A stretch of 33,167 nt of DNA from an uncultured Acidimicrobiales bacterium (lineage in GTDB: Bacteria; Actinomycetota; Acidimicrobiia; Acidimicrobiales; Poriferisodalaceae), in contig CAZMUM010000046.1 in assembly GCA_964569385.1 (NCBI GenBank), positions 1 to 33,167 on the forward strand, read 5' to 3'. The notes beneath the pieces were generated by a model that was given only the letters and a program-made list of their open reading frames with translations, was not told where the DNA came from and did no database searches. Of this stretch, positions 1-9,700 are shown piece by piece; position 1 is the stretch's first letter, and every line of letters starts with the position of its first letter. Position numbers and translations under genes: made by a program.

Positions 1-54
1 ACGGCACCTGGAACGTATTCAGACCCGACGGCCAACTAGTCCAATAAACCGACC

Positions 55-84
55 CGAAACCGCCAAGTTCGAAACTGCCGAGTT
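55..84. repeat. Two tandem 15-bp direct repeats (cgaaacYgccRagtt), then a degenerate third copy and a tight hairpin (agttcg-ccc-cgaact, ~81-98)
   Basis: Read directly: cgaaaccgccaagtt / cgaaactgccgagtt are adjacent. They lie in a region with no convincing ORF. Confidence 0.5.
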
Positions 85-623
85 CGCCCCGAACTACTGA
101 GTTTGAAACCAGCCGGTGGTGCCGCCCACCCGTTCCGCTCCCACCGTCGAGCACGGCAGCAGAAAGCAGCTAGCGACGGATGCGCAAGTAAAGCGATCGC
201 GAATTCGACGCGCCTGCGGATCATGCGGCTCTGTCACCACGACGATTGAACCAACAAGACACTCACGGTGGTCCAAGGTCGTTCTGGCGCCTACGAGAAG
301 CCCTACCGATCCACGGGCCTGTCGTGCCAACTGATCCTCGACAACGACGAGGTTGCTGAGTTCGTGGCCCGTGTGCAAGCTGTCATCGACGAATTCGTCG
401 AATCCAATGCCAACCGCTAGCAGCGAAATGCTTCGAGCTACGGGGTCCTGTTCGCCACTCATCGCCTCGCCGACCCCAATGACGCCACTATTGGGCCATC
501 GTCAGCGTCTGCCGATCGGACTCAGCTGTCGAACGCGTCCTCGTGGCCCAGATGCGTTCAAGTTTCGGTGTGGCGACTTCTCGACCGCGAGAACAGTCGG
601 GGCCCAAGTCGTACGCTTGAACC

Positions 624-871
624 ATGACCATGGACCGTTTCTCCCAGCTTGATGTCTTTGCCTCTGACCCGTTTCGGGCAACCCCTTGGCGTGTGTGATT
701 GATGCCGACGGGCTGAGTACCGAACAGATGCAGGAGTTCACCAAGTGGGCCAACCTCTCGGAGTCCTCATTCCTGCTTGAACCCGCGGCTCCCGAGGCCG
801 ACTACCGCGTCCGGATCTTCACCCCGAGCCAAGAACTGCCCTTTGCCGGCCACCCCACCATTGGATCGTGA
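624..871 (+). pseudogene. PhzF-family (phenazine biosynthesis-like) gene remnant. Only the N-terminal ~80 codons remain, with a 1-nt frameshift.
   Basis: ATG at 624 gives MTMDRFSQLDVFASDPFR. After a missing G in the run cgggg (~675) the reading continues as ACVIDADGLSTEQMQEF...LSESSFLLEP...VRIFTPSQELPFAGHPTIGS. This matches the PhzF N-terminal consensus (FxGNPxAVVxDADGLSxEQMQ...LSETAF...RIFTPxxELPFAGHPTxG). It stops at 871 and no PhzF-like sequence follows. Confidence 0.5.
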
Positions 872-1048
872 AGCTTCTCGACCCCACCGAATGAGCCCGC
901 CAAGCGAGCCGACTGGGTGGCTTTCTCACGCCTCATCCAGTATTTGCAGCAGCTTCATAGCAGCCACCCGACCTCTACCCAAGTGCAGCGCCGAGTAATC
1001 GCGGCCAGTACAAGGCGCCAGCGAGCACGGGCGAGTCGGTTGGTCTTT

Positions 1049-1714
1049 CTATGTCGTGGCGGCGGGTTCGGCTAGCGGTAGGCGGAGCGCGGCGAAGAAC
1101 TGGGCTGCGAGTCGTGGGTCGCCTTTGACCTGTAGTTCTTCACTTCGGGCGTTTGTCAGCGTGAGGCGGCCCGACGCGACTCCTAGGAAGGTCTGGGTCT
1201 GACCGGAGATTGTCAGCAGTGGGTTGGATCGGGGTGGGCCGTCGGTGACTGCGGCGGTGGCTCCGGTGATGGCGATGACGTAGTTGCGGTCGTTGAGGTC
1301 AACCTCGTAGGGCCCGTCGGGGAGGTCACCTCGGTAGCCGGCGGTCATTGATTGGATGGCCCAGGAAGCGTCGATGCGATATTGCGACGTTCCTGGTTCG
1401 GGGAGCAAACGCGTGCCCCAACGGGCCAAGTGGCTGATGATCGGCTGAAGTTCACGTCCGGTGTCGGTAAGTTCGTAGACGGTGACCGAGGCGGGGGGTG
1501 GAAGTTTGCGTTTAGTGATCGCGTCGACTGATTCGAGTGCGCGGAGACGTTCAGCGAGCAGGTCGGTGGAGATGCCTGGCAGGCCCTTGAGTAGGTCGCC
1601 GTAGCGGCGCGGGCCCATGAGGAGGTCTCGGACGATGAGCATCGTCCAGCGTCCCCCCACCGCGTCGAGCGCGACGGCGACGCCACAGAACTGGCCGTAG
1701 GAGCGACGTTGCAT
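1049..1714 (-). CDS. HxlR-family winged-helix transcriptional regulator with a C-terminal SCP2-like extension
   Basis: The N-terminus CGVAVALDAVGGRWTMLIVRDLLMGPRRYGDLL is the HxlR signature (C-x-V-x-x-L-x-x-G-x-W-x-x-LI-x-R-x-L). The C-terminal ~100 aa (…LTLTNARSEELQVKGDPRLAAQFFAAL) resembles an SCP2 sterol-carrier fold. ATG at 1712-1714. Confidence 0.8.
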   Translation of the reverse strand: MQRRSYGQFCGVAVALDAVGGRWTMLIVRDLLMGPRRYGDLLKGLPGISTDLLAERLRALESVDAITKRKLPPPASVTVYELTDTGRELQPIISHLARWGTRLLPEPGTSQYRIDASWAIQSMTAGYRGDLPDGPYEVDLNDRNYVIAITGATAAVTDGPPRSNPLLTISGQTQTFLGVASGRLTLTNARSEELQVKGDPRLAAQFFAALRLPLAEPAATT

Positions 1715-1797
1715 TGTCGCATTGTATCATCAAAACTGAAGATGTTACTTCAACTCTACAACTTGTAACTTGGAAAAGCCTGTGCGAAAGTTGAGCC
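1715..1797. promoter_or_regulatory. AT-rich divergent promoter/operator region between the HxlR regulator and the QueG-like gene
   Basis: 83-bp intergenic region with much lower GC than its surroundings (…ttgtatcatcaaaactgaagatgttacttcaactctacaacttgtaacttggaaaag…). It contains the inverted repeat GTTAC-N18-GTAAC. HxlR regulators typically act on a divergent neighbour. Confidence 0.35.
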
Positions 1798-3141
1798 GTG
1801 ACAGATTTCGAAATCTTTCGTGGGACAGAGCATGCGGAGTCGAAACGACGCATTCACGAAGAGGCGTTGGCGAGTCCTCGAACCACTCAGACGCTCGACT
1901 CTGAGTGGTTGAAGGACCTGTGTCGTCGTGCAGGAGCAGCGGACGCGGGTTTTGTGGAGATCGACCGTGTTGAACTCGGGGACGAGTCATCGAACGCCCG
2001 GCGGATCTTCTCTCGTACCCGCACAATGATCGCCCTCGTCGGCGTCTCGAATCCAGAGGCGATCCGTTCGGTCTCGCGGGCCACGGCCAACCTCGCGTGG
2101 CACGCGGGCCACACCAACCTCGACCACGCGGCTGACAAGATCGTCGAAGAGTTGACGTCGCGCGGAATCGGCGCGGTGACCACCGCGATCGGCTTCCCGA
2201 TGGAGGCGCGACCGGAGCCGGGCTCGCCGACCTGGGAGCTAGCGCACAAAATCGTGGCCGTACAGGCCGGCATGGGCCACATGGGTGTAAATCGAAATGT
2301 GATCCACCCGAAGTTCGGCACGTTCGTCCTTCTCGAGACGATCCTGATCGACGCCGACGTGACCACGCACGATCGCCCGCTCGACTACAACCCGTGCAAC
2401 GGCTGCAATCTCTGTGTCGCGGCTTGCCCGGTGGGCGCGGTGCGAACCGATGACCACTTCGACTTCTTTGCTTGCCTCAACCACAACTATCGGGAGTTCC
2501 TGTTCGGCTTCGAGGACTGGGTTCACACCATCACCCAAGCAGATGGCGCCGCCGCGTACGACTCAAAGTTCGACTCCAAGGAGACCCGCAGTATGTGGCA
2601 ATCCCTGGGCTTCGGACCCAACTACAAGGCAGCTTTCTGTCAAGCAGTGTGCCCTGCCGGCGACGACATTATCGGGCCATACATGGCCGACAAGGCAGCC
2701 TGGCGCCGAGAGATCGCCCTCCCGCTAATTCACAAGCAGGAGGATATCTACGTCCAGTCCGGCACCAGAGCAGAGAAGGTTGCTCGACGTAAGAAGAACA
2801 AGCGGATTCGCTACATCGACTACCGGGTGGACGTCTCTTCACCCGCGAACTTTATGCTCGGGCTGAAACATCGTTTCGACCCCGCGCGGGCTCAACAGGT
2901 GTCCACCACGGTCACGTTCGCGTTCCCCGACGGCAGCTCCCAGACCGCATCGATTGCCAACGGTGAGCTGAGAGTTCACGACGTTGCGACCGAGACCTCC
3001 GACGCGACCCTCGAGGTCTTCGGCGAGAGTTACATTCGTGTGCTTCATCCCGACGTGAATCCGAGCGCGTCGCACGCATCGCACTTTGAGCTGGCTGGCG
3101 ACGCGGCGGCGTTCGGCGCCCTTTTGGCCTGTCTGTCGTGA
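1798..3141 (+). CDS. QueG-like / reductive-dehalogenase-like 2x[4Fe-4S] protein (epoxyqueuosine-reductase family) with a C-terminal SCP2-like domain
   Basis: First cluster motif CNGCNLCVAACPVGAV (CxxCxxCxxxCP). Second cluster has CQAVCPAG, as in the QueG CQDVCPWN motif. The N-terminal region resembles the QueG DUF1730 part. The C-terminal ~100 aa (…HFELAGDAAAFGALLACLS) is SCP2-like. Confidence 0.6.
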   Translation: MTDFEIFRGTEHAESKRRIHEEALASPRTTQTLDSEWLKDLCRRAGAADAGFVEIDRVELGDESSNARRIFSRTRTMIALVGVSNPEAIRSVSRATANLAWHAGHTNLDHAADKIVEELTSRGIGAVTTAIGFPMEARPEPGSPTWELAHKIVAVQAGMGHMGVNRNVIHPKFGTFVLLETILIDADVTTHDRPLDYNPCNGCNLCVAACPVGAVRTDDHFDFFACLNHNYREFLFGFEDWVHTITQADGAAAYDSKFDSKETRSMWQSLGFGPNYKAAFCQAVCPAGDDIIGPYMADKAAWRREIALPLIHKQEDIYVQSGTRAEKVARRKKNKRIRYIDYRVDVSSPANFMLGLKHRFDPARAQQVSTTVTFAFPDGSSQTASIANGELRVHDVATETSDATLEVFGESYIRVLHPDVNPSASHASHFELAGDAAAFGALLACLS

Positions 3142-3209
3142 AGAAGACGCCAGTCAGTCGACCCATGCGGGTTGCCGTGCAGGTCTCGGGTGGCGGACCC
3201 AATTGGCCC

Positions 3210-6131
3210 CTAAGGTAAAACCTCGGCTGCCAGTTCGACCGCGGCCTCCACCGAGATCAACTCTGCTGATCTAGCGGCGGCCAGAAGCTGCGCCCGCTCG
3301 GCGGTGCTACCGACCGCCGACCAGCGCAGTCCGCACCGGTCTCGCTCGTGTTGAGCACATCTAAACAGTCGAGCCGCGATGTCTGAGTTGTTCGGCGCGG
3401 CGCCGTCGATAGCCAAAAGTTCGAGCGCGTCGACCACAAGTGGGGTGAATCCACCGTCGACTGCTCTTTTGAGCAACGAGTATGCATGAGTAGCAGCACC
3501 GTTACGATCGCCACTCGCCGACGCGATTTCTGCGCGTCCGAGGCTGAGGTTGCATTCGAGCAACGGCACTTGACGCATCTTGGCCAGTAAGGCTTCGGCT
3601 GTGGTCAGTACTTCGGCGGCGGCCTCTGTCCGTCCGTCGGCGATCATGGCTCGTACCACTGCAGGCACTTGGTGCAACCTGCTCACCGGCACAACCGACG
3701 ACTCGTGCCAGAAGACCTCTGCCGCGTCGGCTGCATCTACAGTGCGTCGGTGAAGAATGGCCCCGTAGAGCCGGACCAGTGGAACTTGGAACTCAAGCAT
3801 CTTTATCGTGCCTGCCCGTGCCCATTGATCGGCAACGGCGTACAACTCAGGATCTTGTGCCGATATCGCTGCCTGAGCAAGGGCTGCAGCTGCGGTAATC
3901 GAGAAGGCGGATCCGAGTGGTTTGGTTTCGTCCAGTTCGCGCGCTGCGATGTGGTCTCCAGCAGCTAATCGATAGAGGATTGCCGCCGCGAAGGCATTTC
4001 CAACATTGTCGACGGTGAACGGTGCGTCATGTCGGCGCGCCATTGAACGGACAGCGTCGAGATTCGACGCAGCGTCGTCAAGGCGACCAACAAGTACTGC
4101 CATATAGGCAGCAAATCCGACGTAGATCGAGGTTTCGGGATCGTCTCGGCGCTCGATCACCGAACTGGCGTAGCGACAGATGGGATCTAGGTCTCCCCTG
4201 TAGGCAGGCCCCATCGAGGCACCTCGAGCTAGCCATCCTCGAGCGCGGGCCGATCCGGGCGCCAGGCGGGCCTCGGCGAGACCGACCAGTCTGGATACAT
4301 CGAAACCAGCTCCGGTAGCTGGTGCTAACAAGGCGGCGATAGCGGTGAGCCATGATTGCTCGTGAGATCCTTCTACCTCCAGCTTGGTGATCCAGCGCCA
4401 GGTCTCAACTAGATCCGAGTGGTATCCGAGTGCGCTTCGGAAACTACTCAGGCCAGAACATATGGCAAATGCAGTCTCGGCCGAATGATTCCGGGACCAT
4501 CGAAGCGCCTCGACGATGTGTGGCATCTCAAGCAGGATTGGGGCCCGCTCGATCCCTCGTTCGCCACGCCCGACCTCGGTGCAGTATTGCGCGAAGTGTT
4601 CCGCGTGACGGCGACGTGTTGCCGCCACTTCCTCGGGCTGCAATATGTGTTTGTTTGCGTACTGTCGCACCGTTTCGAGCATGTGATAGCGGCCATCGAA
4701 GTCATCGAATCGGACCAAACTGTGGTCGACAAGTCGGGTTAGTTCAGGTATTACGTCGCGGGCTTCTATCACCTGACCGTCGGCTACCACGGCTCTTGCG
4801 GTTTCTAGCGTGAACGACGCCCGGAGAACAGTCAGGCGCCCCAACACCACCTGGGTACTTGCATCGAGCAGCCTGATGCTCCAGGCCACTGAAGCCTCGA
4901 TGGTCCGTTGACGAGGCACTGCCCCGGCGGCCCGACCCTGGAGCATTGTCATGGCGTCGTCGAGCCCGGCCTCAATCTCAGACAAAGGCAGATGCCGAAC
5001 TCTCGCCGCGGCGAACTCAATCGCCAGAGCCATACCTTCGAGACGCCGACAGATCGTGGTTACAAGCGAGGTGTCGTCTTTGCTCAGAGAAAGGCCAGGA
5101 CGGGCTGCCCGCGCCCGCAGCATGAACAGCTGGGTCGCGTCGAAGTCCTCGAGCCGAGCGTGGTCACCTGCCTCCATCGGCGGAAGCGACAAGGCAGGCA
5201 CCGAGAACACTGATTCGTTCGAGAGCCCTAGAATCTGTCGGCTAGTCAACACGACTCGACTCCTGGGAGCGCGTGCAAGCACTTCGTCGACGAAATCGGC
5301 GACGGCGTTGACCAGATGCTCAGCGTTGTCGAGTACCAGAACAGCGTTTGGATCAGATGCAAGCGATGCTGTTATGCGATCGAGTTTCGTCGCACCAGCC
5401 TCTACGTCGGCGCCGATAGCTCCGAGAGTCTGGTCGATGACTTCACCGGCCGGGTTCGAGCCACCGCCTCCTATCGAGGCCAGGTCGACCCAGGTGACCG
5501 ACACACCACGATCGAGCAAGGCCACCGCCAGATGCTGAGCGAGGCGCGTCTTTCCGCAGCCGCCTGGCCCGACGAGGGTGACGAGTCGGTTCTGGTCGAG
5601 CTGACGTTCAACTGCTTCTAGTTCGCCTGTGCGCCCGACCAGCGCCGTGGTTGGCCTCGGAATTGCCTTCGGCCAATCGGCGGGAATTTCTTTATGGGCT
5701 CGCACCCTTTGAATGCGGGGTTCCCGTACCGGTGCCTCAGCGGGGGTGTTCTCACCAAGCACGATTTGCCGTTCAAGATCGAACAGTTCGCGAGAAGGTT
5801 CGATTCCGACCTCGTCGAGTAAGAACTGTCGATAGCGGCTGAACTCGCGTATCGCATCGGTCCGACGGCCGACGCCAGCCAACGCCTGCATCAATTGAGC
5901 TCGAGGTTGATCACGGAAAGGCTCAGATTCGATTACCGACAATATCCGATCGATGGCCTCTGGCCACCGAGCCGCCATGAGCAGATGTCCGACTAGCGAT
6001 ACCGACGTTGTAGTGAACAACTCAGACAATCGAGCGGCCTCACCGGCGGCCCAGCCCTCGTGGGCGAACTCGGCGTATGCAGCTCCTCGCCACATCGACA
6101 GCGCCATCTCAAGGCGCTCAATATCGCCCAA
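3210..6131 (-). CDS. SARP family regulator, C-terminal part: BTAD, NB-ARC/AAA ATPase and TPR. It lacks its DNA-binding domain because of an upstream in-frame stop.
   Basis: N-terminal BTAD consensus (ALSMWRGAAYAEF…ARLSEL…QLMQALAGVGRRTDAIREFSRYRQFLLDEVGIEPSRELFDLERQIV). Walker A is VTLVGPGGCGKTRLAQ and Walker B is VLVLDNAEH. A long TPR-like C-terminus follows. TTG start at 6129-6131. Confidence 0.8.
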   Translation of the reverse strand: MGDIERLEMALSMWRGAAYAEFAHEGWAAGEAARLSELFTTTSVSLVGHLLMAARWPEAIDRILSVIESEPFRDQPRAQLMQALAGVGRRTDAIREFSRYRQFLLDEVGIEPSRELFDLERQIVLGENTPAEAPVREPRIQRVRAHKEIPADWPKAIPRPTTALVGRTGELEAVERQLDQNRLVTLVGPGGCGKTRLAQHLAVALLDRGVSVTWVDLASIGGGGSNPAGEVIDQTLGAIGADVEAGATKLDRITASLASDPNAVLVLDNAEHLVNAVADFVDEVLARAPRSRVVLTSRQILGLSNESVFSVPALSLPPMEAGDHARLEDFDATQLFMLRARAARPGLSLSKDDTSLVTTICRRLEGMALAIEFAAARVRHLPLSEIEAGLDDAMTMLQGRAAGAVPRQRTIEASVAWSIRLLDASTQVVLGRLTVLRASFTLETARAVVADGQVIEARDVIPELTRLVDHSLVRFDDFDGRYHMLETVRQYANKHILQPEEVAATRRRHAEHFAQYCTEVGRGERGIERAPILLEMPHIVEALRWSRNHSAETAFAICSGLSSFRSALGYHSDLVETWRWITKLEVEGSHEQSWLTAIAALLAPATGAGFDVSRLVGLAEARLAPGSARARGWLARGASMGPAYRGDLDPICRYASSVIERRDDPETSIYVGFAAYMAVLVGRLDDAASNLDAVRSMARRHDAPFTVDNVGNAFAAAILYRLAAGDHIAARELDETKPLGSAFSITAAAALAQAAISAQDPELYAVADQWARAGTIKMLEFQVPLVRLYGAILHRRTVDAADAAEVFWHESSVVPVSRLHQVPAVVRAMIADGRTEAAAEVLTTAEALLAKMRQVPLLECNLSLGRAEIASASGDRNGAATHAYSLLKRAVDGGFTPLVVDALELLAIDGAAPNNSDIAARLFRCAQHERDRCGLRWSAVGSTAERAQLLAAARSAELISVEAAVELAAEVLP

Positions 6132-6134
6132 GTC

Positions 6135-6476
6135 CTATCCGCCAGCAAACCGCTGCTCGGCTGCAAGTTTCACGAACTCAAGCGCGTCGACCGATTCGGT
6201 GCTCAGCAGATACCCGGGCGAAGATGTGGTTATCGAGTCGGTAGCGATGGTCTTACGAAGCCGACTAATAGCCGTTCGCAAGCCTCCAGGCGACAACGCA
6301 AGAGTTTCCTCGACGAACGCTGACGGCACAATCTGGTTCGCTCTCATTAATAAGATGCTTAGAAGTCGACGCTGGCTGACACTTGGCAGTTCGATCTGCT
6401 GACCATCGGGTGCCCGCACATCGAGAGGACCGAGAATTCGGTAGCTGGGCTCTCCCCGCCGCGCTTCCATGAACAC
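6135..6476 (-). CDS. SARP/OmpR-type winged-helix DNA-binding domain ORF (N-terminal part of the same SARP gene, ending at an in-frame TAG)
   Basis: YRILGPLDVRAPDGQQIELPSVSQRRLLSILLMRANQIVPSAFVEETL…LRTAISRLRK…SPGYLLSTESVDALEFVKLAAE matches the SARP (AfsR-like) DNA-binding domain. It is in the same frame as the downstream BTAD ORF, separated only by TAG (6135-6137) plus one codon. Confidence 0.75.
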   Translation of the reverse strand: MFMEARRGEPSYRILGPLDVRAPDGQQIELPSVSQRRLLSILLMRANQIVPSAFVEETLALSPGGLRTAISRLRKTIATDSITTSSPGYLLSTESVDALEFVKLAAEQRFAGG

Positions 6477-6605
6477 AGGTTACGAACTCAGAGGTGGTCT
6501 CGACACCGAATCTGTTCGGCAACCGAGGTGATGCGGTACTGAAACGCCTCTACGCGAAGGTTGAACCGTGGTGCAGTCCCATGCACCCAGACGAGGGAGC
6601 ATCCA

Positions 6606-6735
6606 GTGAACCGCAGCTGCCAAAACTGCAAAGCCGACATCGCCGCGGAGTCCAAGTTCTGTAGCTCATGTGGAACAGCAGTAGTCGACGCCGCCGCGAC
6701 ACCTTCAGCTTCGGAGGTAGAGACGGCTTGTCACA
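6606..6735 (+). CDS. Zinc-ribbon domain (CxxC…CxxC). Probably the frameshifted N-terminus of the downstream cyclase/AAA/TPR gene.
   Basis: Frame-0 ORF (finder: 6561-6791) encodes …VNRSCQNCKADIAAESKFCSSCGTAV… with a likely GTG start at 6606. The cyclase reading frame (+1) opens at stop 6718-6720 and reads RRLVTVLFSD. The first beta-strand of the cyclase domain therefore lies upstream of the annotated GTG at 6736 and out of frame with the zinc ribbon. Confidence 0.4.
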
Positions 6736-9700
6736 GTGCTGTTCTCCGATGCGTCTGGCTACACCACTATGGCCGAGTCGCTCGATCCTGAGCTCGTTCG
6801 GGAGCTCATGGGTCTCATCTACGCGAAGGCCGACGAGATCGTCTCAAAGTACGGAGGCCGTGTCGACAAGCTGTTGGGCGACGCCGTTCTCGCTGTGTTT
6901 GGCGACCCGGTAGCTCACGAGGACGATGCTGTTCGAGCCGTACGCGCGGCCCTCGAACTACACGAGGCGGTGAAAGAGTTGGCTCCGGTCTTTGAAGAAC
7001 GAGCGGGACATTCGTTCAACATGCATAGCGGCATCAACACCGGTGTGGTCGTGACCAGCGGGCTCGAAAAGGACAGCACGAGCGGCCCGCTTGGCGACAT
7101 GGTCAACGTTGCCGCTCGATTGCAGTCTCTGGCAGGAACCGACGAGATCCTTGTCGGGCCTGACACCACAACACTGCTCGGCAACCAGGTCGAGTTAACC
7201 GACCTCGGCGAGCACGAGCTCAAGGGACGGCGCGAGCCGGTTTCGGTTGCTCGGGTTGAATCTCTAGTGGTTACGACACCAGCGTCGCGTCGGTATGGCG
7301 AGTTTGTCGGCCGGAACGAAGAACTTGGGGTCCTCCTGGGAGCGGTCGAACGACTGAAGGACGGCGACTCCAGCGTTGTTACTGTCTGCGCCGAAGCTGG
7401 AGCTGGAAAGACACGGCTGATCGAGGAACTCAGAAGCCGACTCGGCGATGACGTCAGGTGGCTCGAGGGGCGAGCCTACCCATACTCAGTCGATACTCCG
7501 TACGCATCGGTGATCGACCTATTGAACCGGGTAGCGGGCATCGACGAGAACGACAGTGCCGACGCCGTCAAGTCAAAACTTCGGACCATGATCACCGCTG
7601 TTCTTCCTGGCGACGAGGTCGCAATGGCGGCCATTGGCCAGCTATACGGCCATGTCCAGGAAGAGACTGCGATCGACCTGGAGGCATTTCGCAGTGTTCT
7701 TCTCGATTCCCTAACTCGTCTTCTCGATGTCGTTGGCGACCAAGGACCAACCGTGTTGTGCTTTCAGGATCTTCATTGGGTCGATCCGTCGACTGCGACC
7801 TTGCTGACGGATCTAATCGAGGCTGTGTCTGCGCCCATATTCGCGCTATGTAACTACCGACCAGGGTTCGAACTCGGAGCGTCTGGCGAACGGTCGTTGC
7901 AACTCGGGTTGCTGTCGCCACGTCAAACTGCTGAGTTACTGAAGTCGCTGCTCAACGGCGGAGAGCCACCTGCTGGCCTAACCGACTGGATCTGCACGCG
8001 GACCGACGGCAATCCGTTCTTCATTGAGGAAATCATCAACGATCTACTCGATCGCGCACTCTTGCGGCAATCCGAAGGTAGTTGGGAGCTGACACAGGAT
8101 CTAGACCAGGACACCGTGCCACCGACCATTCAGGGTCTGCTGGCGGCCAGGATTGACGCGCTGGCCCCCGAGAGCAGACGAGTCCTTCGCGAAGCCTCGG
8201 TAGTTGGTCGCGAGTTCCTTCACCGCATCGTGCAATCGGTGACCGACAAACCGACCGACCTCGATGCAAGCCTCGCGGGTCTGTCAGCGGCTGACTTCAT
8301 TCGTGAGAACAACCTCGACCCCGAACTTGAGTACATCTTCAAACATGCACTCACTCAAGAGGTCGCTTATGAAGGCCTCCTGCTCAGAGATCGACAGCTA
8401 CTGCACGAACGTGTTGCGCTCAGCATCGAGAAACATCTTGGCGACCGAATCGAAGAGTTCGTCGAAACCCTCGCCTATCACTATCAGCGCAGCGGCCATA
8501 TCTCCGAAGCTGTCACCTACCTGCGCCGGTCAGCGCAACGGGCACTAGACAGATACGCCATCGAGGAAGCCCACCGCCAATACCAGGCTGCCTACGAGCT
8601 ACTGACGTCGGAGGGCACGGTTGGTGTCGTCATCGATAAAAAGGTGCGTGACCGGCTACTACTCGAAGTGATCATCGAATCTGCGGAGAGCTACTACTAC
8701 AGCGCAAACCTCGGCGAATATCACGATTTGCTGCAGTCGCACCATGACCTGCCCGCCGCGGTAGGCAACGACACCTTGACCGCAAGGTGGATGGGCTGGC
8801 AAGGCATGATTCATTGGTTGCATGAGGTCGAGCACGCCGAGTCAATTGCGCTGCTGGAAGACGCTGTCACGCTCGCGGTTGAGTGCGGCGACGCACAGGC
8901 TGAGGCCTACGCCCTCGCTTGGCTACCTTGGGTGTACTTCACGGCGGGCCGAGCCTCTGAGGCGACTACGTTCTGGCCCAGATTGACCCAACTGCTTCCC
9001 AGTATCACAAGCCCAGCAGTGCGCCAGTACGCTCAAATCAAGGGACTAGGCGGCGCGACAGCAGCTGCAGCTGTGCTTGGCGATGCCACCACGGCACTTG
9101 CGCATGGAGAGGATTTGTTGTCCATAGGCCGTCGCACCGGTAATCGCAGAGCCACCGCAATGGGCCACCAAGCGAGAATCATGAAGGGCTGGGCGCATGG
9201 TGATGTTGAGGCCGCGTTTGCCGCAACTCAAGCAGCGGTCGATGCCAATGCCGATCCGATCTATGCAGAAGCCGCCAACATTTGGGCAACAGCCATCGCC
9301 ATAGCACTCGGTACCGCCGAGCAGGGGCGATCTTGGTACGACGCGACACTGCCGACATCTGGTGGATCTGGTGTCACGGGCGCGTACTACGAGATCATGG
9401 CGTTCCAACTTGACCTGATCGAGGGCCGGCTCAGCCGCGGCTTGCGCGGCTTGAAGGCGCGACGCCAGATCGAGCAAAGTAGAGGCTTCGGATGGGCGGT
9501 CATCCAGATCGACCTGTTCCTCGGGATAGCGCTCGCTCGCGCCGCTACCGGTGAGGTTGAGTCCTCGATATCGAACGCGATACGAAACCCAGCCTTCGTG
9601 ATGCGATACGGGTTCGGCCTAGCCAAGAAAGCGAGGCTGGCACTGGAGGCGGTTCTGTCGAGCGCCGACAATCATGGAAATCGAGCGCTAATCCCGTTGA

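Noticed and set aside
36-652. Several 60-120-aa ORFs on both strands in the first 650 bp
   Set aside because: They are mutually overlapping, low-complexity, and carry no motifs. Only the short frame 268-420 looks protein-like, and it lacks a start and context.
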